Virus record (IMG/VR): IMGVR_UViG_3300032007_000001
Origin: a virus
Lineage: Duplodnaviria > Caudoviricetes
Reading direction: 5' to 3' (one strand)
Length of the DNA: 64,000 nucleotides
In this document: in pieces, positions 1-10,330 of the stretch
How positions within the stretch are numbered: the first letter of the stretch is position 1
Layout: each line of letters begins with the position of its first letter
The notes under the pieces: model-generated
Database searches by the model: none
Told to the model about the DNA's origin: nothing
What the model saw: the letters and a program-made list of their open reading frames with translations, nothing else
Translations under genes and position numbers: made by a program

Positions 1-115
1 CAGTTAATTTTTCAATAGTTTCTAATAAACTGCTTTTTGTTTTTTCAATTTGTCCTTCGAGCACATTCATTTTATTAGATAAAATTTTTTGTGCTTTTAC
101 TGCAGACATAGACAT
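1..115 (-). CDS. Hypothetical protein, 5' part only (runs off window start)
   Basis: ATG at 115 preceded by AGGAG; frame MSMSAVKAQKILSNKMNVLEGQIEK... open to window edge. Confidence 0.6.
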   Translation of the reverse strand, partial: MSMSAVKAQKILSNKMNVLEGQIEKTKSSLLETIEKLT

Positions 116-145
116 AGTATATCAGCTCCTAAAAATATAAATAAA

Positions 146-175
146 AAAAGAAATGGCATAAAAACCATTTCTTTT
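146..175 (-). terminator. Intrinsic terminator after tape measure gene
   Basis: Inverted repeat AAAAGAAATGG / CCATTTCTTTT with T-run on minus strand. Confidence 0.7.
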
Positions 176-182
176 AATTTTT

Positions 183-3100
183 TTATTGTGGAGCCACAGC
201 TTCTTCCATAATTTGATGAGATTCTTCGGAGTTTCTAACATAATTGCCATATACATTTTCATGCACTTTGCTCATTGCATACGTCATGGCATTTATAACA
301 TATGCTTTAGATACTCCTCCACCAATAACATTAAGATTAACGTTAACATTATTTTTAGAATCTATATCATTTTGTTTTTTCCAGTCTTCTTCAGCTCTTT
401 CTGCATCTGACGTATCATATCTACCAGCACTAGAAGAATATGCATTTTCAGCACTTTGAGCTGCTCTATCTGTTGCTTCCATAGCGGCTTCATTGAACCA
501 TGTTGTTTTTCCAGTATATCCGTTTTCATCCCTGAATTTCTTTTCCATTTTTTCAATCATTTCTCTACCAGAAGAATGATATTGTACCATTTGACCGGTT
601 TTTTCATCATATGAAAAGAATCCTTGTTGATTGAAACCATATAAATCCTTATCTGTAACTCCAGAATTAAGATAGAAATCATCCAATACTCCTTGCGGAG
701 TCATAAAACGTTCTCTTTCTCTTCCTGACGCCGTTAATCCAGTAAGCATCATTCTGCCAGTAGCAATTCTATTATCCCAACCATTTCTATTCGCAAATTC
801 AAGTAAATTCTTTTGTTGCGTTCTAACTTGGTCTGTTGCTGTTTGTAATGCTTTTGATGGGTCTGCTAAACTTTTTATTCTTTCTTCTGGTGTTTGATTT
901 TGATTTGATTGTTGTTGTGTTTGACTAGCTATATTAGATGCTGCTGGTATGCCATTGATTGCATAATTATTTAAGTCTGGATTTTCTACAATTTGACCAT
1001 TTTTGGTCATTTCAAAATACATTTGGTCTCCAACTGTATCGCCAATATATTCTCCAGCTTTTATTGCTGCACCTTCAGCAAATCCAGAAACATCACCAAG
1101 ATTACCATATTTAGCAATAATATTGTTGCCATGATTAACTTCTACAACGCCACCAAGTTTTTCATCTTGATATGCTTTTAATACATTACCAGCGCCGATT
1201 GTACTGATTTTAGTTCCAGCATCAACGCTATATGTATTACCCATAATGCCGGCTTCTTTATTAACACCGGATAAAAGTTCTGCACTTGCAATGCCACTAA
1301 ATAATGGAAGTTTTTTAATGCCGGTCATATTTTCATTTGTTTTTTCGGCATTATCAACGTTATCTTTTACTTCTTTATCATTTATTGTAATTTTTTTAGG
1401 ATAATTTTCTGCAGCATGTTTACCAATTTCTTTAGCAGTTGTTTCTGTATGAGGAGCCAACAAAGTAGACAAATCTGAATGAAGATTTGCACTAACGGTA
1501 CCACCCGTTTGTTTGTTCTTAAATTCATCAATTAATTTATCTGTTATATCTTTTGCTAATTTGTCTGTGTCTCCAGATAATCTATATTTTGCATTATCAC
1601 TAACAAGTTCATATATTTTATCATAAATTTTTTGATTATCTTTTAATTTTCCAGTATTTGTACCAGTATAATATTCCATATCTGATAAAGATTCATCATT
1701 TAATATATCAGCAAATTCTCCAGCTAAATTTTGTGATGCTTTATCTTTACCATCTTCGTAATAATCTCTTGCCGTTTGATATTTTCCTTTGAATTGAGCA
1801 TTATTCAATCCACTTTGTGATAATCCTCTATTTATTGCTTCTTTTAATAATTCTGGATTATCCAATGTTTGTTGTGTTAATTGTTGTTTTTGTTCACCAA
1901 CAATATCACCAGCAACAATCGCAGCTGTTAAATCGCCATAACCTCTTGTTTTCAATTCTTTGAAAATTTGGTCCATATATTGTTGTTGGTCCTGCGTCAA
2001 TTTGGTCATGGTAGTACCATGTTTTTTCAATTGTTCTTCAGCCGCTCTAGCTCTATTATCATTACTATTAATTAAGCTATTTGTATCGTCTGTATATTTA
2101 TCTGATGCCCATTTAGATGCGTCTAAATAATCTTCACCCATCTTTTGGCCATCGTTATCGCCGATACCAAAAGCATCTTTCAAATAATCTCCAGCTTTAT
2201 CTCCTAAGAAACCACCAATAGCCATACCAGCCATTGTGCCAAGTGGTCCCCCAAGGCTTCCGATTGCACCACCAAGAACTGAACCAGCTGTAGCGGAGCC
2301 ACCAGAAATTAAGAATCTACCAAATCTTTCTCCTAATGTAAATTGATCAGGATTATTCATATATCCGCCAATTTCATTAAATCCAGCACCTATAAAGTTT
2401 GCTAATGCATTACCTTTAGCAAACGTTCCAAGTGTAGACATTGGAGCAGAAAGCGAACCACTTTTTGCCATTCCAATAATTCCACCAAGGAATCCTCCAC
2501 CAGCCGATACCATATCACCTAATGGAGCATTTGATGTTTGTGAAGAAAATTGTTGAGATAAACGTTTTTCTATTGCTGCTCTATCCAAATTATTAACTGA
2601 AACTTGAGATTCTGGACTAACGGTATCTAATCTTGTAGCAGCTTCTTGAATTCTTTGATTTGCTTCTTCAATTGAGCGTGCCATTCGTTCTTCTTCACTA
2701 TCGCCAGCTTCGCTTGGAGCTATTTGTTCAAATTTTGGCATAGCCCCAGTTCCGCCTTTTCCATTTTCAATTTGAACTTTTACATCGCCACTTGAAAATG
2801 TACTTTGCAGAGAAGAAATAACATCTCCAATATTGCTTGCTAAATAAGCACCGCCAGCAACCGCTGCGGCACCAAGAGCCAATTTTTTTCCTCTTGACAT
2901 ATTTTTAATGAATTTTGCTCCAGTACCAAGAGCTTTGGGGTCTCTTGTTATTCCATATTTTGCAAAATCTGTTGCTACATTTAATGCACCACGTCCAGCT
3001 GTATATGCTAGAGCTCCGCCAGCTAATAATCCTGGAAAATTGGTTGTAGCCAAATTTCCAAGAGCTTGTCCGGTTTCAGTACCAGCAAACTTTGTAAATG

Positions 3101-6100
3101 CTTCAATTACATGTTCAACAGCACCTACAACAGTGTTCAGACCTTTACCAAACGTATCAACTAAACTCTTTAATGGTTTATCTAAATCTTTTTCAATAAC
3201 TTCTCCAAGGTGCTTTTCTGCCATTGCTACAGCCGCCTGAGCTTGCGTTACTGCAGATAATTGAGAACCAGATGCTCTTATCTTTTCTGTAGCTTCTCTG
3301 GTTGCGTCAGTTAATCTTTGTTCTATTCCTTCTTTTTCTTCGTCTGCTTTCTTTAATAAATCAGCAAAACGTTCCATATCATTATTAAGATATGCGTCTG
3401 TAAGCATTGATACTGATGTTGGTGAATAACCGCGCTTACTTAATTGTTCAGAAACAAGCCATGCACCAAGTTGAGAACCTGGACCACCGCCAATCATTCC
3501 CATTAATCCTGTTTCAGCAAACAAACGTTGCGCCATCATTGGATAATAGCCTTCCATTGGCTTACCGTTGCTGTCAACCATTTGACGCCCAGAAACTATA
3601 TTTCCAAATATATCATTGCCTTGGCCAGACATCATTGCATAGAAAGCACTTGCTCCTGGGTCATTAAATCCCATTCCTCTTGCAGCATGAGCAGTATCTG
3701 AAAGAAGACGAGAAGCATCTTCTTGTCTTACGCCTTTGCTGACCATAGCTTTCATAGCGCCTTCTACTTCTTCAGCAGTTAAGCCATATTCACGCAATCC
3801 ACCAATTAAATTTGACATAGCATTGATATAATTGCTAACTGGAATACCTGCTTGCTGAGCAGTTTGCGCCATACGTACCATCATATAACTCGCTTCATCA
3901 GCTGCCATACCCATATCTTTATAGGTATTTTTCATAAATGATGCCACGTCATTATCACTTAATTGATATTGTTGAGCTATTGCAAATGTACTTTCCGTTA
4001 TACGAAACATATCATTTTGAGCATCGGTTGGTGAAGAACCATAATGTCCACCAACACCACGTCTCAAAGCTAAATTAAAGTTTTTAACTTGGTCAAGTCC
4101 AATTTGTCCGCCAGACGCTTTGAAATATTCATCGGCCATGTTATTTATCATATATGATGCTTGGCCACGATTCAAATCTGCACCCATAGCAAAATCAGCA
4201 CGTGCCAATTCATAACGAGATTTACCCATGTTACGATATTGATTAAAAGCGTTAGACCCAATTTTTGTCAAGTTGCTTAATGTTGGCGCAAGCATACCAA
4301 GACCCATCATTCCCATACCAGAGACAAAAGCACCATGTACAGAACTGAGTCCAGATACTGCCGATTTGACCATATCTCCTAAGTCAAAACCATCATCTTT
4401 TATATCTTTAATTTTTTCGGCTGTCTTCGATAATTCAGCTTCTAAACTTCTAAGATGTTCTAATGATTTATCTTTGGGGTCAAATTGAGAAATAGCTGCT
4501 ATGGCGGCACGTAAAGATTCCAATGCTGCATCAGATGACTTTAAGAACGAATCAAGCATTTGCTTGTCGTCCTCATCCAATAACTTATATTGTCCTCTTT
4601 TAAGATTTATGTTATTTAATCCTGCTAAATGAGCTTGGGCTGAATTTGTTGCAGCTGTATCTAAAAAGCCAATTTGAGCTCTAGCGGCTTCAACATCTCC
4701 AGCTTCTTTATATATTGGAAGATATTGCAGCGATTTACTAAGTTCAGATGCAGATACGCTACTAGCTCTAAATGCGTCTTGCATCTGATTTTGGAACTGT
4801 CCTCTATTTCCGAGGAAATTTCCAGCAACAGAACGATAAAACATCGGCAATGCATTTCTATCAGCTTTTAATGAACCAGCTGTAAAATGCATCATCGCGT
4901 CTTGCAATAAATTTTGTTCACTTGAAATTGCTTGGCCACCTTTTTCATAAAATCCTTGTGCCAAAGCAATGTTTGACTTATTATATTGTTCTGTTCCAGG
5001 CTGATTAGCTCTTGCTATATTTTCAACTAATTTTCTATTTGATTCTTCTATTAAGCTACTTAATTTTCCTTGGAAAATATTTTTTACATCATCAGCAGTA
5101 GACTTTAAGTTTTCTACTTCTTCTTCCAAGTAATGTATAGCATTTCTAAAATCGTCAGTGCCAGCTCTTTCACCAAGAACCTTGAAAGTATTTTTCATAT
5201 TTTCTTGGTTAACGATAGCTGTCTTTGCAAAACGGTCCATTTCGGATATTAGAGGAATTAGGTCATCTAAACCTAAATCTCCAACGTCTTCGTTATTTAA
5301 GTTTCCTATTAGTTCTGTTATTTGCTTAGAAGCATTTAATAGACTGGCTTGATTATCTGGATTTAATAGATTTTGTAAATTTTCTATATTATTATCTTTT
5401 ACTGCCTTTATAATTTCACTAATAGCAGAACTTGTATTGGCTGTAGTATAACCAGATAATTTTTCAAAAAAATCTTTTGCTACTTTTTCAGTAATTCCGT
5501 AATTCTTAAAAACTTCTTTATATTGAAGCGTTAATAAATCAATTAATTCTTTATTTTGTTCTGCAATTTCATTTGCTGTATCTAATTGTTTGGTTTGACT
5601 TGCTAATACTTCAGTTGTTTTATCTACACTATCTGCAACGTTTATTGTCGATTCGGATAAATTTTCAGCTGTTTTTGCAGTCTGTTGAATTGTACCTACG
5701 TATTGCTCTAATATATTTATTAAATTTTTTACTTCTTCGGGTTTGCAACTTTGAGAAACTACATCAATTAGATGACTTACGTCTTCCATTTGCGTTAAAA
5801 ATTTCTCAACAAATTCACTAGCTTTTGATTTTTCCAAACCTTCATTTAATGCAGTAATTATTGCGTTAACATCAACGCTGTTTATATCATCTTTTATTTT
5901 TTGTGTTGCATTATTAACTGTTTGAACTATCTCTTGTACTTTACTAGAAACACCAATATTTCTAAAATCATTAATTGCATTTTTAAGTTGCGTCACTTTA
6001 TCAGCAAGAGTTGAGATAGCTGAAACCGCATTTTGTGGAACGTCTTTTCCTTGGTCAATAAGTTTTTGCATCTTATTGATTATTTCGTCCATTTGTCGTT

Positions 6101-6431
6101 CGCATCTATCTACAGTTTCACTCATATCTCTAACGGACGAAATCATTCTAGTTTGTTGAGAATTCAAACCATTTGAAGGAGTTGCAATTTGAGAAGTACT
6201 TTCCATAGTTACAACAGAACCATGGTCTTCTCCAGAACGACCTGTAGATTCATTATTCGTTACACCAAGTTTAATTGAACCGTCGGCATTAAAATTGCTA
6301 GAATTTGGAGTAATATACCGACCACGTTGTTGCGTAGCTATATCATTTGCTTTTTGGTCAAAATTATCAGCAATTGTTCCTATTGTAACGTTTTTATTAC
6401 TTGTATTAAATTTTAACAATGTATTTTCCAA
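183..6431 (-). CDS. Tail tape measure protein with degenerate C-terminal M23-like domain
   Basis: 2082 aa, helical Ala/Gly-rich, GxxxG-rich stretches (AGSVLGGAIGSLGGPLGTMAGMAIGG), TTG start with GAGGTG RBS, follows chaperone-like gene. Confidence 0.8.
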   Translation of the reverse strand: MENTLLKFNTSNKNVTIGTIADNFDQKANDIATQQRGRYITPNSSNFNADGSIKLGVTNNESTGRSGEDHGSVVTMESTSQIATPSNGLNSQQTRMISSVRDMSETVDRCERQMDEIINKMQKLIDQGKDVPQNAVSAISTLADKVTQLKNAINDFRNIGVSSKVQEIVQTVNNATQKIKDDINSVDVNAIITALNEGLEKSKASEFVEKFLTQMEDVSHLIDVVSQSCKPEEVKNLINILEQYVGTIQQTAKTAENLSESTINVADSVDKTTEVLASQTKQLDTANEIAEQNKELIDLLTLQYKEVFKNYGITEKVAKDFFEKLSGYTTANTSSAISEIIKAVKDNNIENLQNLLNPDNQASLLNASKQITELIGNLNNEDVGDLGLDDLIPLISEMDRFAKTAIVNQENMKNTFKVLGERAGTDDFRNAIHYLEEEVENLKSTADDVKNIFQGKLSSLIEESNRKLVENIARANQPGTEQYNKSNIALAQGFYEKGGQAISSEQNLLQDAMMHFTAGSLKADRNALPMFYRSVAGNFLGNRGQFQNQMQDAFRASSVSASELSKSLQYLPIYKEAGDVEAARAQIGFLDTAATNSAQAHLAGLNNINLKRGQYKLLDEDDKQMLDSFLKSSDAALESLRAAIAAISQFDPKDKSLEHLRSLEAELSKTAEKIKDIKDDGFDLGDMVKSAVSGLSSVHGAFVSGMGMMGLGMLAPTLSNLTKIGSNAFNQYRNMGKSRYELARADFAMGADLNRGQASYMINNMADEYFKASGGQIGLDQVKNFNLALRRGVGGHYGSSPTDAQNDMFRITESTFAIAQQYQLSDNDVASFMKNTYKDMGMAADEASYMMVRMAQTAQQAGIPVSNYINAMSNLIGGLREYGLTAEEVEGAMKAMVSKGVRQEDASRLLSDTAHAARGMGFNDPGASAFYAMMSGQGNDIFGNIVSGRQMVDSNGKPMEGYYPMMAQRLFAETGLMGMIGGGPGSQLGAWLVSEQLSKRGYSPTSVSMLTDAYLNNDMERFADLLKKADEEKEGIEQRLTDATREATEKIRASGSQLSAVTQAQAAVAMAEKHLGEVIEKDLDKPLKSLVDTFGKGLNTVVGAVEHVIEAFTKFAGTETGQALGNLATTNFPGLLAGGALAYTAGRGALNVATDFAKYGITRDPKALGTGAKFIKNMSRGKKLALGAAAVAGGAYLASNIGDVISSLQSTFSSGDVKVQIENGKGGTGAMPKFEQIAPSEAGDSEEERMARSIEEANQRIQEAATRLDTVSPESQVSVNNLDRAAIEKRLSQQFSSQTSNAPLGDMVSAGGGFLGGIIGMAKSGSLSAPMSTLGTFAKGNALANFIGAGFNEIGGYMNNPDQFTLGERFGRFLISGGSATAGSVLGGAIGSLGGPLGTMAGMAIGGFLGDKAGDYLKDAFGIGDNDGQKMGEDYLDASKWASDKYTDDTNSLINSNDNRARAAEEQLKKHGTTMTKLTQDQQQYMDQIFKELKTRGYGDLTAAIVAGDIVGEQKQQLTQQTLDNPELLKEAINRGLSQSGLNNAQFKGKYQTARDYYEDGKDKASQNLAGEFADILNDESLSDMEYYTGTNTGKLKDNQKIYDKIYELVSDNAKYRLSGDTDKLAKDITDKLIDEFKNKQTGGTVSANLHSDLSTLLAPHTETTAKEIGKHAAENYPKKITINDKEVKDNVDNAEKTNENMTGIKKLPLFSGIASAELLSGVNKEAGIMGNTYSVDAGTKISTIGAGNVLKAYQDEKLGGVVEVNHGNNIIAKYGNLGDVSGFAEGAAIKAGEYIGDTVGDQMYFEMTKNGQIVENPDLNNYAINGIPAASNIASQTQQQSNQNQTPEERIKSLADPSKALQTATDQVRTQQKNLLEFANRNGWDNRIATGRMMLTGLTASGRERERFMTPQGVLDDFYLNSGVTDKDLYGFNQQGFFSYDEKTGQMVQYHSSGREMIEKMEKKFRDENGYTGKTTWFNEAAMEATDRAAQSAENAYSSSAGRYDTSDAERAEEDWKKQNDIDSKNNVNVNLNVIGGGVSKAYVINAMTYAMSKVHENVYGNYVRNSEESHQIMEEAVAPQ

Positions 6432-6443
6432 CTATCTCACCTC

Positions 6444-7343
6444 CTATTCAATTGGAGTTATAGTATCAAAATCTTCTTCTTGTTTATCTTTTTTATGCAT
6501 TTCATTATATTGATTAACATATTTTTCATTATTCATAACTCTATCAAAGAATTGTTCTGGAGTTTCATTAGAATCTCCCTTTTGGTCACTACTTGGAAGT
6601 TCTACGAATTCTTCTCCTTCTTCCATCATGGCTTTCAATTTCATATCAAAATCATCGTCAACAGTTGTACTTCCATAAGTAATTTGAGTATTACCATTCA
6701 TTTCTACATGTCCGCCATGATTTTGAATAGATTTATTAACACTTTCACTTTCTTTTATTTTTTTCCAAAGTTCTGGATTGACAAACATGCATAAATAATC
6801 TCTCTTTGCTTTTTCAAGCGTTTCATCATCGTTCATTTTTTCCTGCATGTTGTACCAATACCAAAGCCATTGGTAATCATTCATATCTTTTACTCGTTGT
6901 TCTGTTGGTAAAGCATGTGCATCTTGCATAACCAAAAATTTTATTCTATCAAAACTTGGTTTTGCAAAAGATTTTATAATTTCTTCATGCATTAATGCTT
7001 CGTTTTGAAGTTTTTCTAATTCTGTATATTCTTTGTAAAGGATTTTGAACATTTTTTCTGACATTTTATCGAACAATTTTTCAGATTGTTCTTCTTCAAT
7101 AGTTAAGCCATTTATTGATAAAAGTGCTTTCGTTAATACTTTATTTTCATAAGTACGTTGTTTAATGATATCTTCTGATTTCAAAAAAGAAACGAACGTA
7201 ACTATATCATCGTGCTCCTGCGGAGACAATGTACGAAATACCCACGTCTTATCAAATTTTTCAAATTCTTTTGTGGCATAACCTTGATAAATAAACTGTC
7301 TTATGAGTTGTTTCATCAATTCTTCGTTTTCCAAAACATTCAA
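6444..7343 (-). CDS. Putative tail assembly chaperone
   Basis: Immediately upstream of tape measure; WVFRTLS..EHD and M.DYQWLW motifs resemble tail assembly chaperones. Confidence 0.5.
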   Translation of the reverse strand: MNVLENEELMKQLIRQFIYQGYATKEFEKFDKTWVFRTLSPQEHDDIVTFVSFLKSEDIIKQRTYENKVLTKALLSINGLTIEEEQSEKLFDKMSEKMFKILYKEYTELEKLQNEALMHEEIIKSFAKPSFDRIKFLVMQDAHALPTEQRVKDMNDYQWLWYWYNMQEKMNDDETLEKAKRDYLCMFVNPELWKKIKESESVNKSIQNHGGHVEMNGNTQITYGSTTVDDDFDMKLKAMMEEGEEFVELPSSDQKGDSNETPEQFFDRVMNNEKYVNQYNEMHKKDKQEEDFDTITPIE

Positions 7344-7458
7344 TCCTTTACAATTTTACTCTAATAATTAAATAAAGCTAAAAACAAAAAAAGTAATAGA
7401 AAAGTTACTTAAATTTAATGAGAATTTTAATATTCTCATTTTTTTCATCCTAAAACTA

Positions 7459-7487
7459 TTTACACATAATTGAAATTATGATATAAT
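7459..7487 (+). promoter_or_regulatory. Sigma-A-type early promoter
   Basis: TTTACA-17 bp-TATAAT with TGn extension. Confidence 0.75.
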
Positions 7488-7501
7488 TACAATGAATTGA
7501 G

Positions 7502-7924
7502 GTGAAAATAGTGTACGATGACATCATCTATACAAATAAAGAATTTCATATGATTAATAAAGGGTATTTATACAATACGTTGCGTATAGCTCTTTTTAAT
7601 GTAAGTGTTGTCGACAATAAATTCTTCTCAATCAATTCATTAGAATTTCATTTTGATATGAATAACGAATTACAAGCTATTTCTTTGTATATCAATTTCA
7701 AAAAATGCAAAAAGAAAAATCTTGTACCATTGCAATTAACTCCAGCCCAATTTTTTGATAAAGAAAATAATTTTTTCTTTTGGAATACTATATATCGTTT
7801 TTTACCGTGTCCAAAACATTTTGAAAAATGGATAATTGATGACAGTAAAAAAGCAATAAATCCATTGATTAAAAAAGCAAACAATAATTTATTGCATTCG
7901 TTAAAAACATATTTTGGATTTTAA
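7502..7924 (+). CDS. Hypothetical early protein (distant member of local paralogue trio)
   Basis: 140-aa ORF after promoter; W....Y....CP motif similar to the next two genes. Confidence 0.6.
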   Translation: MKIVYDDIIYTNKEFHMINKGYLYNTLRIALFNVSVVDNKFFSINSLEFHFDMNNELQAISLYINFKKCKKKNLVPLQLTPAQFFDKENNFFFWNTIYRFLPCPKHFEKWIIDDSKKAINPLIKKANNNLLHSLKTYFGF

Positions 7925-8301
7925 TGGAGATGAATATTATGGATTTTCTATTGTATAAAAAATCAAAATACATAAAAATAAATTATCACAGTTTTGATTT
8001 TGGTGAAGGAAACGCTTATATAAAATTTACTGGTGTTTCTGTCAATATGTATTTTGACAGATTAAATAATATGAATATTCATACATTCTATAAAAAAGCA
8101 AGAGCTTGGTCATCTATATCTTTTCGTGCAAATGAAATAAGAAATCAGGAAAATATAGATTGGGACATCGAGGGCAAAATATATTCATGCCCAATGTCAA
8201 TAAAAAAAATAATGAAACAAAACGAAGATTTACTTAAAAAAATCCTTAAACAATCAGAAGAAGATTTTAAGCCGTTACTTATAAAAATGTATGGGTGTTA
8301 A
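7924..8301 (+). CDS. Hypothetical early protein (paralogue)
   Basis: Shares NAYI, ISF, WDI...Y.CPMSIKK and DF.P...K.YG with 8295..8669. Confidence 0.7.
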   Translation: MEMNIMDFLLYKKSKYIKINYHSFDFGEGNAYIKFTGVSVNMYFDRLNNMNIHTFYKKARAWSSISFRANEIRNQENIDWDIEGKIYSCPMSIKKIMKQNEDLLKKILKQSEEDFKPLLIKMYGC

Positions 8302-8669
8302 TTATGGATGATTTATTCTTTTTAAGAAGTTGCAAATGCGCAACATTATATTATAGCAATAAGGATTTTTATGCAAACAATGCATATATAGAAGTTTATC
8401 GTATATCTTTTGATTTTGAATTTAATACATTAGATAAATATACAATTAATTATAGATCAAAAAAATCCAATAGAAACTGTTGTATATCATTTTCTCCAGA
8501 ACAAAATTTGCATCCAGAAACAATAGGATGGGATATTATCAAAAACGTATATATGTGTCCAATGTCAATTAAAAAATTTTTAGAAAAAAATAAAGACAAT
8601 ATGGAAAAATTAATAGAACAAGCAAAAAAAGATTTTCAACCGCATTGTAAAAAATTTTATGGATATTAA
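8295..8669 (+). CDS. Hypothetical early protein (paralogue)
   Basis: Paralogue of 7924..8301; true start may be ATG at 8304. Confidence 0.7.
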   Translation: MLIMDDLFFLRSCKCATLYYSNKDFYANNAYIEVYRISFDFEFNTLDKYTINYRSKKSNRNCCISFSPEQNLHPETIGWDIIKNVYMCPMSIKKFLEKNKDNMEKLIEQAKKDFQPHCKKFYGY

Positions 8670-8671
8670 TT

Positions 8672-8691
8672 GGAGAGGCAATTGTCTCTCC
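8672..8691 (+). terminator. Intrinsic terminator
   Basis: GGAGAGGCAATTGTCTCTCC hairpin followed by T-rich tract. Confidence 0.65.
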
Positions 8692-8753
8692 TTAATTTTT
8701 TATCAAATATTAGTCTCGCAACAAAACTTTTTTAATTTTTTTACACAAAACTA

Positions 8754-8782
8754 TTTACATTTTCAGCATTCTGTGGTATAAT
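8754..8782 (+). promoter_or_regulatory. Sigma-A-type early promoter
   Basis: TTTACA-17 bp-TATAAT, TGn extension, strong AAGGAGG RBS downstream. Confidence 0.8.
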
Positions 8783-8811
8783 ATAACCATCAAAGGAAAG
8801 GAGGAAGCAAA

Positions 8812-10242
8812 ATGATTACCATCGAATTCGGAAACATCTACTGCCGGATGAATGGACTTGACAACTACCCGGTTATCAAGAATCGCATTGCTAAAATCCT
8901 TTCTTATACGACTGGTGGATTTGGTGCTCCCGCGATTACAAATTCTGTTTTCTCATATAAGAAAAACATGACTTACACTGGAGTTCTTCCTCACATCCTC
9001 AAAATCTTCAAAAAGGCTTCCATTCCTTTTCAGATGATAGACAAACGCGAAAAGCCCGAAAGCGGAGATTACTATAGCATCGCTGATGGTTTCCAGCTCA
9101 GAGATTACCAGCTCAAAGCTGTTATGAATACTTCTACTCGTACAGTCATCGGCGCAGCGACTGGCGCCGGCAAAACAATCATTATGGCAGCTCTTATTGC
9201 TCATGTAAACGTTAAAAAAGCAGTTGTTATCTCTCCGGAATTAGCGCTTGCTTATCAGACTAGAGACGAAATTGCAAACTTCCTCAACATTCATGTTGGT
9301 ATTCTTTCCGGTCAGGACCATGATATCGCCGATGTTATGGTAGTTACTCCTGAAGCTGCAATGAAAGAAAAGACCATCATGGAAAATGCAGAAGTTATCC
9401 TTTACGATGAGTGCCAGTTCCTTGGCGCAATGACGATTTTCAATACCGCTCTCCTTGCTAAAAAAGCTTATTACCGGTATGCACTTTCTGCTACTCCTTG
9501 GAGAGACGGTGAAGATGATATTCTGATTCACGCGGCAGTAAATGTTCCCAATCCGAAAGCTTACATCACTGCTTCTGATTTGATTAAGAATGGGAAACTT
9601 ACTCCTTGCAATATCTACTTTGTAGAACAAAAAGATGTATGCGGATGGAAAGGTAACTATAATGCTACTTATGAAGCTGCTATCGTAAATAATGAAGAAC
9701 GCAACAACAAAGCATTGAATATCATTAAACTGGCGAATGAAAAAAATTGGGGAGCGGTACTGATTCTCCTTACTCGCATCGACCATGGCAACAAAATGCT
9801 TGCAAAAATCCGCGAGCAATTCAATACCAAAAACTTCAATTACATTTACAATGACGTAGAATATGTTATCAACGAAGCAGAATATGTTCATGGTGGAGTT
9901 GAATTGGACCGCAGGAATGCAGTTCTTCAAGCAGCTCGCGAAGGCAAAGTAAAATATGTAATTGGAAGTTCAATTTTTGATGCCGGAATTTCGGTCTCGT
10001 GCCTCAACGTGTTGATTCTCCTTGGTTCTGGTAAATCTTCTACTCGCGCGTTCCAGAGAATTGGCCGAGTTCTTCGCCTTAGCGAAGGCAAAGAAAGAGC
10101 ATATGTATTCGATTTCATGGATGAAAACAATACCTTCAAAAAACATGCAATCACTCGCAAAATGCTCTATAGCACGGAAAAAGAATTCAAAAACAACATG
10201 TACCTCATGGACGAAAACCTCACAATTAAAAACAAAATGTAA
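8812..10242 (+). CDS. Superfamily 2 DNA helicase (UvsW/RadD-like)
   Basis: Q motif LRDYQ, Walker A AATGAGKT, DECQ, motif III SAT, motif VI QRIGRVLR. Confidence 0.9.
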   Translation: MITIEFGNIYCRMNGLDNYPVIKNRIAKILSYTTGGFGAPAITNSVFSYKKNMTYTGVLPHILKIFKKASIPFQMIDKREKPESGDYYSIADGFQLRDYQLKAVMNTSTRTVIGAATGAGKTIIMAALIAHVNVKKAVVISPELALAYQTRDEIANFLNIHVGILSGQDHDIADVMVVTPEAAMKEKTIMENAEVILYDECQFLGAMTIFNTALLAKKAYYRYALSATPWRDGEDDILIHAAVNVPNPKAYITASDLIKNGKLTPCNIYFVEQKDVCGWKGNYNATYEAAIVNNEERNNKALNIIKLANEKNWGAVLILLTRIDHGNKMLAKIREQFNTKNFNYIYNDVEYVINEAEYVHGGVELDRRNAVLQAAREGKVKYVIGSSIFDAGISVSCLNVLILLGSGKSSTRAFQRIGRVLRLSEGKERAYVFDFMDENNTFKKHAITRKMLYSTEKEFKNNMYLMDENLTIKNKM

Positions 10243-10267
10243 AAGAGAGGAACAAATCCTCTCTTTT
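10241..10267 (+). terminator. Intrinsic terminator
   Basis: AAAAGAGAGGA / TCCTCTCTTTT inverted repeat right after helicase stop. Confidence 0.75.
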
Positions 10268-10271
10268 ATTA

Positions 10272-10300
10272 TTTACAAAACTTTAAAAATAATATATAAT
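10272..10300 (+). promoter_or_regulatory. Sigma-A-type early promoter
   Basis: TTTACA-17 bp-TATAAT. Confidence 0.7.
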
Positions 10301-10330
10301 TCAAACAAAAAAACAAAGGAGAGAAAAATT

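Noticed and set aside
6444-7343. Programmed frameshift in the tail assembly chaperone
   Set aside because: A single ORF fills the space up to the tape measure gene; no second overlapping frame is needed.
10022-10330. N-terminal extension of ORF 10022..10705
   Set aside because: Overlaps the helicase and crosses a terminator and promoter; ATG 10331 has the RBS.
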